In this document: positions 37,086 to 49,273 of the stretch, piece by piece | How positions within the stretch are numbered: the first letter of the stretch is position 1 | How the letters are laid out: every line of letters begins with the position of its first letter | Origin: Chromera velia | Lineage: Eukaryota | Assembly (NCBI GenBank): GCA_018398765.1 | Contig: JAHBMJ010000360.1 | Coordinates: forward strand, 1-49,273 | Direction: 5' to 3' | DNA length: 49,273 nucleotides | Made by a program: the position numbers and the translations under genes | The notes under the pieces: generated by a model | The model's input: only the letters and a program-made list of their open reading frames with translations | The model's database searches: none | Told to the model about the DNA's origin: nothing

Positions 37086-40000
37086 GGACTGACCCGACAG
37101 TTCTCTGCATTCTCTTCTTGACCATCACGTCTCTGAGAGCCAAACAGTCCGCAGGTTGCAGAAGGGACACGAGAGGAACACCTGCACGGAGATGAAAAGA
37201 CAACCAGTCAAACAGACCGGCAAACAAACAAATCACATGGTGAACAGAAAGGAAAGAGCTCATGCAGAAATGTGGAGACACCGAAGAAAAAGATCGACCG
37301 AGAAACAGACACCAAAGCTTGAAACGTGGCTGCAGACAGCTAGAAAGTGGAATACAAAAAGGACCAACGCCCCCCCGCATCGTACGTGTTTCTTTGTTTG
37401 TTCCGACCGACCCTCAATTCTGTGGCTTCTCCACATCCACAGGAGAGGAGACGCCTCGAGGATGATCTGCTCCTGCACGTCCACTACCATCGTTGCCTGA
37501 AACGCAGTGTCGACCAGTTGCTGCAGTCTGCTGCGCGTCTGCAAGTAGAGAAGAGAAGGGCGGGACATAGAGCAAAAAGGGGAGAAAAAAAGAAGTGGAG
37601 GGAAAGAGGAAATGAGAAGAGAAGGAGTGAATGACGCTTTTCCGTCGGCTGCCGGACTTTCTGCCTTTCGCCGCTCGGGTTTCCCCCGCCAATTCTTTCA
37701 TTCAAGATCTTCATCGAACAAGGCGCCTCCTCCATGCAGTTGTGTATGCTCAGGTGGTTTGATTCCTTTCTTTTGCGTTCTTTCCTCTTACACCGGCACC
37801 CCCTCTCGGTTCAATTGCTCTTTCTTTGTTCTTTGTCTTTTCATTCAAAGTGGGGGACTGACCTGGTCGGCAGAGATGTTTTGGAGACGCTCAGTGGTAA
37901 CGTCCTGAGAGGACAGAGAGAGACGAGGAGAAAGGACAAAAATATGATAAAAATCTGGAGCTTTTCCGTCACGCTTCTCTCTCTGTCATCCAGTTTCTTT
38001 CTGAGTAGGCTTGGTCGTCCAAACTTGCTTCAGATGGAAACAGACGAGAAAGCGACGAAAAGTCCCATCTCAGACCGGCTCTTGAGGCCCTTCCCCCCCA
38101 AAACACGCACACATGTACACGTAAGCATGTAGACACCATAAATTGTCCTAGAAAAATCTCACCACCCTTCTGCCGTCTTCACAAAAAACTTTCTAGGACA
38201 CAAAGAAGAGCGAAAGGGGCAGCAAATGGAAAAAACAATCGACGCTTCCTCCTCCTACACTTCCATCCTTCCAGAGACCATGCATTTGAAAGTATCCTAC
38301 CATGACGTTTCACATTCTCGTGCTCGGACTTGATACGATATTGAACCTCATTCGTGCGAAAACACATCAGTCTTCCTGTCTGTATCTATCTATCTGTCTG
38401 TCTATCTATCTATCTATCTGTCTATCTATCTATCTGTGTATAAGCTTACGACAATCCAAAGAGAGACCAACTTGCAAATAACCCCTCATCACGTTTGACG
38501 ATCCCCTCTTCTTCTTCCCCCCACAACGAAACCATCTGACAGTCCCGTCGGGTTGCTCGTAAAGCACCTGAATTGATTCAAGAAGACAAAAAAAAGGGAG
38601 CAGGGAGCCAAGGATGGATGAATGCGTTCGTTCACGTCAAGATGGACACACGCATGTCACCACACGGTTTCTCCCACTCGTGTACCTCCGTTTACCTCCA
38701 GACAATTATTTCAACGCTCGGCCTCTTGTGTCACGTCACGCAATTCCGTTTCCATTTTTTTTTGCACCTTACTGGAGTGGAAAAGATTGGGAAAGTTCGG
38801 AAGGAATGACTGACAAGAAAAAGATAAGAAGAAAGAGAGGGGGGAAGAGCGCACAAACAGGAAAGAAACGAAGGGCCCGCCCTGTCTTTTTTTTTTTGGT
38901 CTTCTTTTCCTCTCCTGCGCACAGCTCTGCTCTTCCCGATTTTGGTCATCCTGCCATCGGACAGCCGACTCCTTTAGTGACTGAAGTACGCCCACCCTGT
39001 GTCTGTCTGGTGTTTCTCCTCTGTACATGCTGATTGCTGAAGGAAAAAACAACATGAGGACAGAGAAGAACTTACTGTTGTTCGGAATTCACCCCCAAAC
39101 TTTGCGATGTGCTTGACTGCCGCCTCGAGTCTGGATCTGTAGGGCTCCTGGGCATGCTCTGCAAGGGGGGAGGGACGGTGCATAATCAATCGAGTGCGTC
39201 GTCTTTTTGCCTTTGATAATGAAACTGTCGATTTCTGTTCTCGCTTCTCGCCGTGTCTGTCTGCTTGACTCCCTGTTTGCTTTTGGGTATTACAGCTCCG
39301 ACCGTCCTAAGATGCTGTGCATACCGGCTCTCTCAAAATGAATGCACGTGGGAGATAGATCTCTTCAGCGATAACTTAATCAAACAAAAAGAAGAATACA
39401 GGCATCGCATGTTCATCTTCATTTACAAAGAAACCAGGCGCCTTTCTGAAGCTCCCCCATTTCTTGAAAAGCAGAAGCATGTAGAACTTCGGATGTCCCT
39501 GAAGAATGTATTTTTTTATGTGACAGCGGCAGGGCTGGACAGGTGCAGTTTCGGTAGAGGTGCAGCAGACCAACAGAAGAACCGACCAGTCCAAAAACCC
39601 GACAGGTCGGGCTCTGACTCCCCGGGCAGCCCCCCTGCGGACTCCATCGCTGCGGAGGCTGTGTCGTTCTCCCTCTCTGCTTCTCTTTCCCCCACGCCCC
39701 CCAAACCCGGCCCGTGTCCAGGACCCTGGGCCGTCGTCCCTGGCCCCGCACCACCTCCGTTTTTCCCTTCCGAATGCACTTGCCTGAAACAGAAGGAAAG
39801 GAACAGAAAACGAAAAAAATGACAGAAAACATGCGAACGAGTCATGAAGGAAAAGTGTGCCTCTTCCTTTCTCGACATGCAGCTTCCTCAGAACAACAGA
39901 AAGGGGGACAGAAGACTGAAGCTGTTGTACATGGAGCCGCCACTTCTACATATGCAATCACCACACACCATGTCCATCTGTACGCGAATACTTTGCAGAT

Positions 40001-40305
40001 CTGAATGCAGGTAGAAACATACTTGCAGATGTGTACACGCATGCCGGAATGCACCCGAATGAATTTGTACACATAAAACAAGCGAAACCGACCCTCTGAC
40101 AGAAAGAGAGAAACCAAGACCCTGGGGCAGAGGCATATCCTCTCCCAAGTCAAGCACGGAGGATGCGTCGGCCATGGTCTTTTCAATTTGAAGCCTGCGT
40201 AGTCATTCACACAGACACACAAACACACACAGTCATGTCTGCATGTCTGCAGAGTCTTTTGGTGCAAGAAAGCACATCCGTCTTGTCACATTTTTCTGCA
40301 TTTGT

Positions 40306-40340
<35 letters not shown>

Positions 40341-43300
40341 TTGTCTCACAGTTATTCTTTCTTCCCCTGTCTAGCCCCATTCCGCCACCCCCTTCTTCAC
40401 TGTTTACCTGATATTCTGCCCTTTCTCACCGTCTCTCTCTGCATCTTTTTCCTCTGCCACCTCCCGTTTCTGCTCCTAGCGCCACACCCTTGTTTTTCCA
40501 AGCAAGTGAGTCGTTTTCACAAATACGTCCAAAACGACAGATCGGAGTGAATTTCATTCAACTGACGGTCCGACCGACTCACCGGAGCTCTTTGATTCTC
40601 TCCTGCGAACTGAAGCCGGCCTCCTCCAATTGATTCGCCATGCTCAGCAGGTGCTTTCTCGAGGCATTCTTCGCGCTTGCCATCGCACGATCCATCTCGA
40701 GCTGCTGGTCTCGGCCTGAAAGCTCCCCCTCGGACCCGTCTCTGTTCAAGCTCTGCACACACCAATCGACACCTCAGAGATGGTAGTGGAAATGCAGCAA
40801 TGCAGACGAAGTCCCGGACAGTGCGAGCAGACGGGCACGAAAGAATGGTCGTCTTGTTCCAATAGCGGTTTGCAGCAGGTGCGCCTCAGAAGAAAAGCAA
40901 GCAACCAAGCACAGTTCATTTGTCCAAAAGACAGAAAAGGGGCGTCTCTCTTTCCTTTTTCGTTCTTCCTCCACAGGCTCACAGAGGAAAACGGCAGCCG
41001 GACAGAAAGAGAGCGACATGCAGGCACTCAGATATGCAGGCAGGCAGGCAGACAGGCAGGCATGCAGGCTGACAGAGAAAGACAGAGGCAGGCAGCTAGA
41101 CACAAAGACGCAAAGACGCAAAGACAGAGACAGGCACACAGAGGGACTCAGAGATGCGCGACAGGCAGACACACACACCAACGCACACAGTCAGACATGG
41201 AGACCGGCACGCGAGAAGAGAGAAACGAACTCACAAAGAGCCACATGCAAACAGCCACACAGACAGACAAGTAGACAGGCAAACCGACAAAAACACTCAG
41301 ACAGACAGGCAAACCGACAGACCAGCTCGTCGTCGGGGAAGCCGAGGAGACCTGCTGGCGGGGCAACACTCCTTGACGTCAAGTTCATCCGCGCTTTCTG
41401 AGTCTGTGGGGAGAGTCCGTCTCTGTCCCTCTCCTCTGCTCTTCTCCCAGCGCCAGCGCGACTTCCACTCCCTCTGCTGTCTCCACTTGTAGTTCGGCCT
41501 CCAGTCGCAGGCGTTTCGGGTGTCCGGGTCGGTCTTACGACACCCACTTGTGCATGGGGAACTTTACCTGTTGGGCCCTCGTCAGAGGCGGGCCGGACAG
41601 GCTTCCTCTCTCCCAATCTTCCCCTTCCACCCAACATCCCCCCAGGCAGTCCATCTGCCTCCCAAGCAGCCGACCTGACGCCGTCGCGGTCAGGAGGGCA
41701 AACAACGTTTGCTGCTGCTGCTGCTGCTGGGGGGGAAACTAGTCGAACCAACCCAGTCTCATCAAGATTCTCTCTGCTCTTATCCTCTCCAGCTGAAAAC
41801 CCGTCTCCCTTCTCACCCATTTGACTCACACCTCCACCGACGCCTACTTCCGATGAAGCCTCAGGGAGAGCTTCCGCCTCCCCCACATCGTCTTCACGAA
41901 GGGTCATCAGTCGGTGTTCCCTCCCCCCCCCAAGATGGTATCCGTGCCCATGACCATGCAGCCCCCCCACACCCCTACCAGAACTCCGAAACCCAAGTCC
42001 ATGCATACCCTTCCCCATATTCCCCGCTGAAGGGGGTCTAAGGTGTCTTGCCAACCTTCCGTCCGCTTCCTCTGACGGTCTGTCGACTTGTATGTGGGAA
42101 TCTGCTCTCTCCGATTCTTCATCAAACTCCCCCCCCACCCCCTCTTCGCTCAGCAGAGCCCCGGGTCTGCCCGTTAAAGTTTCCATCACCCGCGTCTGCC
42201 GACACCCCTTCCAGGCAGGCATCGTTGTGTCCCACTCCCAGGCCGCTATGCCGACCTGCGTGGATGAGATAGGAGGAATATGCACATACTTATTGACATC
42301 TCTCAACGAGAAACCTACATGTGAAAAGCAGATAAATGCACGATCATCTCTCTCTATCTATCCATCTATCTATCTATATATATATACATACATACATACA
42401 CGTCACCAAACATTGAAAAACATGTTCTCGTCTGCACTGATGCCCGTGCGTAGGACCAATGGAAGGCTTTCTTGGAAGGACTCCACTCGATATTAATATG
42501 GATGGCATCTGTCTGACGGACGACGACAATTCAGCCGATGCAGAATCCAGGATGGACACCCCTTCAGTCGGATATAACGAAAGAAAATAAAACGAGTTCA
42601 AACGCCACCAGATATGTGGCCCCACAGAGTGACTCGATGCAGCCCTTCTTTGTTTAGTCCCTTAATGCAGGTGTGCATGGATACGTGCATGTGTGCGTAT
42701 ATGAAACAGAGACAGATATGCGCATCGCTCTTTCACGACACATGCACGCAGCATTTTCCCCACCATTTCTCCAAATCTTTCGAGCAGCTGCCGCACTCTC
42801 ATCTCCTCCATTGCCCGTCTCCTGTGCTCCATCCAGAGGGAGATCCTCTTGAAGGTCGCCTCGAGGGCTAGGGACTCCAGTTGGGCAGCTTCCCGATTTT
42901 GTTTCTGCAGGGAGACAGAAAGGAAGGCAGGCAGGCAGGCAGACAGAGAGACGTTTCCTTTTCCTTTGCTTCGTTGTGAAGAGGGACGAGAGAAAACATC
43001 AGGTGAGAGAATCAGATCTCCTTCAAATCCTCGAAAAAATAATGAAATAGACAAACGAGATCTTCAAAAAGGGTCAGAGGGATCGCATGCGACGCTTGTG
43101 TGAGCGAATCAGGAAGAGAGAGAGCAAGAGGTGGTGCCCCTCTCTGTCTCTCTGTCTCTCTGTGTGCGCGCGCGCGACTGTCTTGTGTGCCTACGAAGTA
43201 GCGGAAGAGCGTCAGTACAGGCGAGGTTATGCAGAAGTGGTCCACAAGAAGGAAAACGAAACGGATGGCAGCAGGTGGGGTAGAATTAAGGACACATGCC

Positions 43301-44389
43301 CGCATGCACGCACACGAAAGACGGAAGAAGAGTGATAGCCCAAGCTTGGTAGCTGACCTCCACTTTGAGTCTCATCAGCAGTTCATTCTCTGCCGCCTTC
43401 ACCTCCCACTCAGAAATCTGGAGAGCGAAGAGGACAGTGGCGTTGACGCTCTTCACGAATGCATCAAAGATCGTGTACATGGCTTGCTCAAGAAAAACGG
43501 ATCCACAGTTGAGAATTTCAATCGTGTACGGTACCCCGTAGATAAAGTAGGAGATCACGTTGATGTACAGAAGGACGGCCTTGATCCGGTCAATCACCTG
43601 ATCCTTCCCTGCATGCATGCACCTCTTTCATCTCTCTCTCCCTCGCGTCAATGGAAATCCATTCCTGTTATGTCTGTCAATGTACCTATGCAGATTCTAG
43701 GTGCTCTTCGGAGAAACAAGACGGACATTTTCTGGAAACTGACTGGCCTACTGGGCACAAAGTCTACGGCCAGAAACACACACAGAGGAAGGGAGGGGGG
43801 GGGAGAAACACGGAGGGAGAGAGATTCCAAAGGACAGAGAGACCGATGAAACAGAAAGACACACAAGAGTCACTGTCTGAGAAAATCATAGCCAACCTCT
43901 GTGCTTGTCATAACAGAAGAACCCCACCATCTGATGGGAGGACACCAACCAGCCCACCCATGAGACCCACCATGCTCCCCACCTGCAAAAAGTGAATCGC
44001 GTATATGGGAAATTTGGGATTTCATTTCGATCCTTTGGTTTCAGCCTTGCGTACGTGACTATAGCTGCAGAGCTTCACCTTGAGCAGAAACGTCCAGCGA
44101 CAGGCAGGCAGGCTCCCTACAGGGAATGGGCAAAGAGAAAGTCAAGCGGGCGTACAAAGAGGTCCAGAGAAGAATGTGTTCACAGAAAGCCCCAACAAGA
44201 TGTCAGATGGGCATCACGGTTTTAGATATGAACCCTCTCAGGGCCGTGTAGGCAAACAAGACATACAGGACGGGACACAAGGGAGAGAGGGTATAAACGG
44301 GTAGGAAGAGACAGCAGGACAGCTGTGTATGTTTACGTGTATTTGTGTGCGTGTGTGCGCGGGCGTGCGTGTGCGAAAGAGACACAGAC

Positions 44390-44423
<34 letters not shown>

Positions 44424-45968
44424 CGGCTGTGATTTATGAAAAGGGACAAAACGTGTTGAAAGAAAAGAGGGGCGAAGGAGAAGGAAGAAGGAGCGATCAC
44501 ATTTTTCTGCCCTTTCCATGCATGCATGAGACACACGTGCAAGCTCTTTCGTGCTTTTGTTGTTTGTGCGGTGTGATCGTTTCTGCAGTTTGTTGAAGAC
44601 CGACCGCCAATACCAGTTGAAAGTTAAGCAACCCCAGAAGGAGGTCGCGCAATAAGCTGCAGTCAAAAACATTGGGGGGTATGCTATTCGGGCTGGAGCT
44701 TGGAAGAGCACCCTCGCCTGCAAGTAGATGAGGTTCGGCACCGCGATTATCCACTCGCAGTACCGGACGCCTGCACCAGAAGAGAGGGATCAAGAGACAG
44801 GAAGGAAGCACGTGTCTTCATAATATGCAAATACATTCAATGTGGCCTGTGACGCGGAAAACGAAATTCTTCTTCTGCATGAAGGCCCTGCATGCATGTT
44901 AGCGGACAGTGGAGGGATTGGAAGCGAAAGTACCGGAAATGAGTCTGTAGTGCTACAGCATCCATCAAAGTCCTGGAGGATGGAACAGAGACAGGGACAG
45001 ACAGGCAGATGCGCAGAAAAACGAAAGATTCAGTCAATCAGCAAATGCATGGGGGTTTGCAGACAGACAATCTCACCGACCGTAAACAGGCCTGTGGAAG
45101 GAGTCGATATGAACAGGAAAAACGTTGAACGACAGAAGCGAATACGTGATCGTCAGGATTAAAAGGACGAAGCACATCACCGCTGCCGCCTCTGCCTTGC
45201 AATACCTGCACAAAAGCACAAACACGAATCCTGAAACAGGCTACAAGAGACGTCCAAGAAGGCTTTGTAGAATCAATTCATCGGTGTCGCACGATGTCCC
45301 ACGATCGGTTGACTGTCTCACGTCTACACACACTCACTGAGCGACACCATAACAAAACATCTCAATGCTGACGTAGTGGCTGCGCCCGTGTTCCACAAAA
45401 AAAAGTGATCGACGAAACATCAACAGAAGATCGAAAGAGAGAGCCTTTACTGACGGCTTCATGTTTTTCTATTTTTCAATACAACTCCTGTTCTCACACG
45501 CAGAAGGGCCGTGTCTCTGTCTCTGTCTCTATCTGCATGTGAAATGAACGGACATCTTGGCAAGCCAGTTAGGTGTGAACTCCTCAGGCGCTGGGACACT
45601 ACTGGCTGGGTGGTGATCTGGCGTCTCGTCTCTCTCTCCAGCAACCACCGCCCCGGCCTTTCCTTTCTCCTCTTCTTCTGATTTCCCCGAAGAAGCGGGC
45701 TGAGCGGTAGGAGCAGTCTCTTTTTCTTTGCCTTTCTTTTCTGGCCGTTCTTTCTCCCCCACGGAGTTGCTGGCCGCTCCGGCCGGCTTGTCAGGGGGAG
45801 AATGTGGGGGGTCTTTTTTCTCACTCTCGTTGTCTTTCTTTTGCTTCTTCTTCTTTTTCTTCTCGGACGGCAATTTCTTCAGAGGCATGCCGGTCCAGGG
45901 ATGCAGCCCCTGATGCGCGCACGAGCGCTCAATCTGAATGGCGGAACAAGCGAGCGTGCCTGCTTCAA
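32308..45968 (-). CDS. Large multi-exon gene: microbial (type-1) rhodopsin + coiled coil + two PAS/PAC-like domains + long low-complexity tail. Further 5' exons are probable up to ~48730; both ends are approximate.
   Basis: Phase-consistent GT-AG exons: 45968-45554, 45205-45081, 44770-44605, 43982-43897, 43608-43358, 42904-42748, 42561-42518, 42255-~41323; unresolved 41.3-39.2 kb; then ~39200-39075, 38567-38472, 37904-37863, 37538-37412, 37181-37094, 36680-35762, 35482-34262, 33950-~33737 and a last exon near 33258-32308. Confidence 0.75.
36580..42255 (-). CDS. Tandem PAS/PAC-like sensory domains of the rhodopsin gene
   Basis: PAS1: VGIAAWEWD.. then GGEFRTT|VLYEQPDGTVRWFRCGG..MRGYLQ|DVTTER, a classic PAC motif. 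PAS2: RLQQLVDTAFQATMVVDVQEQIILEASP..EG|VPLVSLLQPADCLAL..CFVGLWDL. Confidence 0.75.
43358..45205 (-). CDS. Microbial rhodopsin domain, helices B-G (four exons)
   Basis: B: AAAVMCFVLLILTITYSLLSF. C: RPVYGVRYCEWIIAVPNLIYL (bacteriorhodopsin RYADWLFTTP). D: MFLTAAYCATSFWGCLT. E: WRWGAWWVSWVGWLV. F: INVISYFIYGVPYTIE. G: MYTIFDAFVKSVNATVLF, with DxxxK and the Lys codon at 43453-43451. Confidence 0.9.
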
Positions 45969-46445
45969 CTGCAGATGCAGGCAGAGTCAAGGTGCACATA
46001 TAAAACAGAAGAGAAAACGGCAGGACACGGAGTGACACAGAGCGAAAGGAAGGTTGTGAAAGACGACAAAGGATGACATTGCGCCGCGGACAGGAAGGAG
46101 AGGGCGGTAGGGGAGAGGCGCTGGAAAACGAAGAACAAAAAGAGAGAGGGGGATGGGGGCATCTACATGGAGGCTGCCTACATGCTCGATCCTGCCTGCC
46201 GACCCTTCCCTTCGATTCCCTCTCATGATATACACCTTCACTTGCATGCCTCTACGCAGCACGGATTTCGTTCGCTTCGTTCACCCCCCCCGTTTTTGAG
46301 AGAGAAGAACCGGAGCATGCTGTATTTGCTTTCTCCCCCCTCCCACCCAAACCGATCTAGCAAGAAGCGTCTCATTCATCATTTGAGGCATCAAGGACTG
46401 ACTCCAGAAAGCCGTAACTGCAAACACACAACACAGGCGCGCACG

Positions 46446-46509
<64 letters not shown>

Positions 46510-47011
46510 AGATGCAGACGAGGAAAAGGAAACCTCGCTCTGCCAAACCCTCCCTCCAACGCATGGGGGGGCCAGTGTGGGCGCCATGCAAACAAAACAA
46601 AAGCCGGTGCCGGCACCTTCAGGTACAGTCCAAGAATCGGGGCTGAACACATTTCGAGATACTACATACAGGCAACTGTTCATGCGAAAGAGACTCAGAC
46701 AAGTCAAATTACAGACAGAATGAACCAAAAGAAGGGCGTGCGGTTAAGGGACACTCAGACAAACACAGCTGTGTGACGAAATGCTCCTTCTCTCTCTGTT
46801 TTTCCCTCAGCTGATGACTGACTGACTGACTGACAGAGAACGAGGGCCCCACAAAAGAACAACCAGGACATGTACGGGTGAGACTGGGAGACGTCAAACT
46901 CGATTGCTCCAAAGGATTCGTGCCAGGCCAGAGAACTCAGAAGCAACTGCGGTGGACAAGACAAGACACAACAAATACAAGAAGACACATACAGACATAG
47001 AGACAGACTGA

Positions 47012-47045
<34 letters not shown>

Positions 47046-49273
47046 AACAGAGAAAAAGATTCGCATGTTCCGCCTTCTCTTTTCGTCCTTTTGTCCCGTT
47101 CAATCATTTATTCTGAACGAAAGGCGACGGTGCAAAATTGGCAGTCAGAAGGACAGAAAAAGGACAAGCTGCCGTTCTTTCCTTCTCTGTTGAAAAAAAA
47201 AAAAAAAAGAATGAAGGACCAAGAGAGAGACAAACGAACGGACGGACGGATGGGCAGGAGAAAGACTGTAGAATAGAAAAAAGGTACCGTCCGGAAAGAA
47301 CAGACAGTGGAAGGACAGAACGCAACAAACGAAAAGAACAAATTGACTGTCTTGTAGCAATGGATGTCAACCCTCTGCTGTCTCTCTCGAGCTGTGCCTC
47401 CGTCCGTTTCTCTGCCGGGCTGTTTCTACTTGTCTGTCTGCACTCTCTCATTCGACTTTTCTTCTTACCACAAAAGCAATGGCGAAGAAAGAAATTTGTT
47501 TCAGCTGCAGTCATACACACACACATACATACACACATGGAGCGATGTTTGGAAGAACGTGAATAGGAATGACGAATGCAATGCAATCAAAGATGAGTCT
47601 GACTCTGCACGCACAAGAGTGACACAAGGCAACACGGGGATCATGAAGGCAGGCATCGAGAAGTCCCCATTCACAGAAGGGAAAGACGGCAGAAGCAGTG
47701 CCAGGAAGTGCTGGCACCTGCTGTGAAGCATGTTTCTCGGTGGCTTGGTCATCCCATTTGTATCGATTTTGTTTTTTGTTTTTCCCTCTTCTTCTGAGGC
47801 CAGTGTGAGAGACAGTAAACAAAACACCACGAACTACACAAGTCAAAAACGACACTCTGCCTTACCGTGAATAAATCCGCATTGCATAAAGGAAAAGAAA
47901 GGCTCACCTCGGGGTATAGAGGTTTCCGATCGATATAGTATTTTTCAAACGCCAGCTGCAGCCGTGCATGTATCCATGTGGCAATTCATGCCGCAAGGGA
48001 GTGACGTGCTCAAGGAAGGAAGCAGTGAACGAAGAAAAAGCAGGAGGGGGGATTCAGAGCCTCGGACATCGCTGAGAAGGCTTCATGGGTCTGGGAACAG
48101 AGCGGGCCAGGGGGTGCATTGAACCACAAATGCATGAACTGACAGGGACAGTGCGACACAAAGAGAATTCGAGGAGCGGCTGTGACAAGGAAGCAGAGTG
48201 CGAACTGAGACGGTGACCGTGTGGTAGCAAGAGGGAAAGGACGGCAGATGAGGGGAAAGTAAGGGAACAGGGATGTGCATGGGATGAGGTTTGGTTTGGT
48301 GGGCTGCGCTAGGTTGGCGTTGTTCGGCACAAGATGACACAAGAGAGCTGCTTAGATTCCCTCTCGACATCGGAGGAGCAGAAGGAGAGAGCGAGAAAGG
48401 CAGAGAAAGAGACAGAGAGATGCAGAACGGAAGAGACGGCGAGACGGGAAGCGATAAAAGAAGATAGATGTGGGACTAGGTGCAGAGAGAAAACAGACGT
48501 AGACAGGGAAGAGCCCATGACTGGACTCAGAAGAGATGAGATCCTTGACGAGGGCTGAACAGGGATTGAGAAACGAAAAAAAAGAGAAAGAGAGCATCCG
48601 CACCTCAAATTCGAGAGGGTCTCTGAGTGGCTCCTCCTCCTCATTCATCTTGGTTCGGCTCCACAAAGAATCCGACACTATTCCTTTGGAGCCCCTTTCG
48701 TCCAACCCCACGCTTATACGCTGCGTCTAGGGAGGACCTTCCACGGCAGAAACACACAAAACATTCCCCTTTCTCTACGCAGCCAGAAGCAGCAGCCGGA
48801 GAGGTCCTGCTTCAGTCTGAATCGAATAGCTGCATGGGAGTCTGCATGCACACCACAACTTCTCCAGTGCACGCGGCCCGAAGTTTTTGCTCATTAAAGT
48901 GTGCCTCAGGTCGCTCACGTTCAGATTATTGCTTACTGTGTGACTGTGTCCTGACATGGAGCCATTTCCAGCCTTCTGCGACTTAAGACGACTCAGACGA
49001 GAAATGACGAGACGAAGCAACTATCGAATGAGTGACAATGGCCCCGGAAAGCGAAGCGGGGGGCACTTAAAAAACAAAAATACCCCAGCCCACGTGCATG
49101 CACGCTGTCTTTCGGAAAAAATCTGACGCAAGCAAGCTTGCGAACGGCCCCGGAAAGCAAGAAAATTTACAACAAGTTCACCGTGGCGCAGTGCCACGCT
49201 ATATATGCCCTGGCCCTTGAATTGTGACCAAATGGGCATATACCACCCTGACGTACCTATAGACAAACACCTA

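Noticed and set aside
38290..38345. VQYRIKSEHENVKRH as the PAC exon
   Set aside because: Exon 38567-38472 gives a much better PAC motif and matches the phase on both sides.
32222..48986. Many plus-strand ORFs in the right third
   Set aside because: Antisense shadows of minus-strand exons or of purine-rich intron strands; no recognisable domains.

Overview
Intron-rich, microsatellite-rich eukaryotic DNA. The style suggests a protist such as a chromerid alga, but that is inference only. It has two parts. (1) 1-31.4 kb is a nest of decayed mobile elements: the 3' end of a restriction-like-endonuclease non-LTR retrotransposon; a Sola/DUF7869-like transposase pseudogene; a complete 7.5-kb CACTG (EnSpm/CMC) element with a 2-bp TSD and a convergent cargo gene; a family of elements with ~47-bp AACTGA terminal inverted repeats (4-bp TSD) that carry an unknown gene running into a long GC-rich hairpin; a 5-kb LTR element with no recognisable gag-pol; two MITEs with exact 8-bp TSDs and a foldback; and an rve integrase fragment. 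(2) ~32.3-48.7 kb holds one large multi-exon minus-strand gene that the ORF track does not reveal. Spliced by hand, it encodes a microbial (type-1) rhodopsin (helix C RYCEWIIAVP, helix G DAFVK retinal lysine), a coiled coil, two PAS/PAC-like domains and a long disordered tail. I see no kinase, cyclase or phosphodiesterase effector. This rhodopsin-PAS-PAS fusion is the strongest candidate for an undescribed system. All calls come from reading the sequence; no searches were run.
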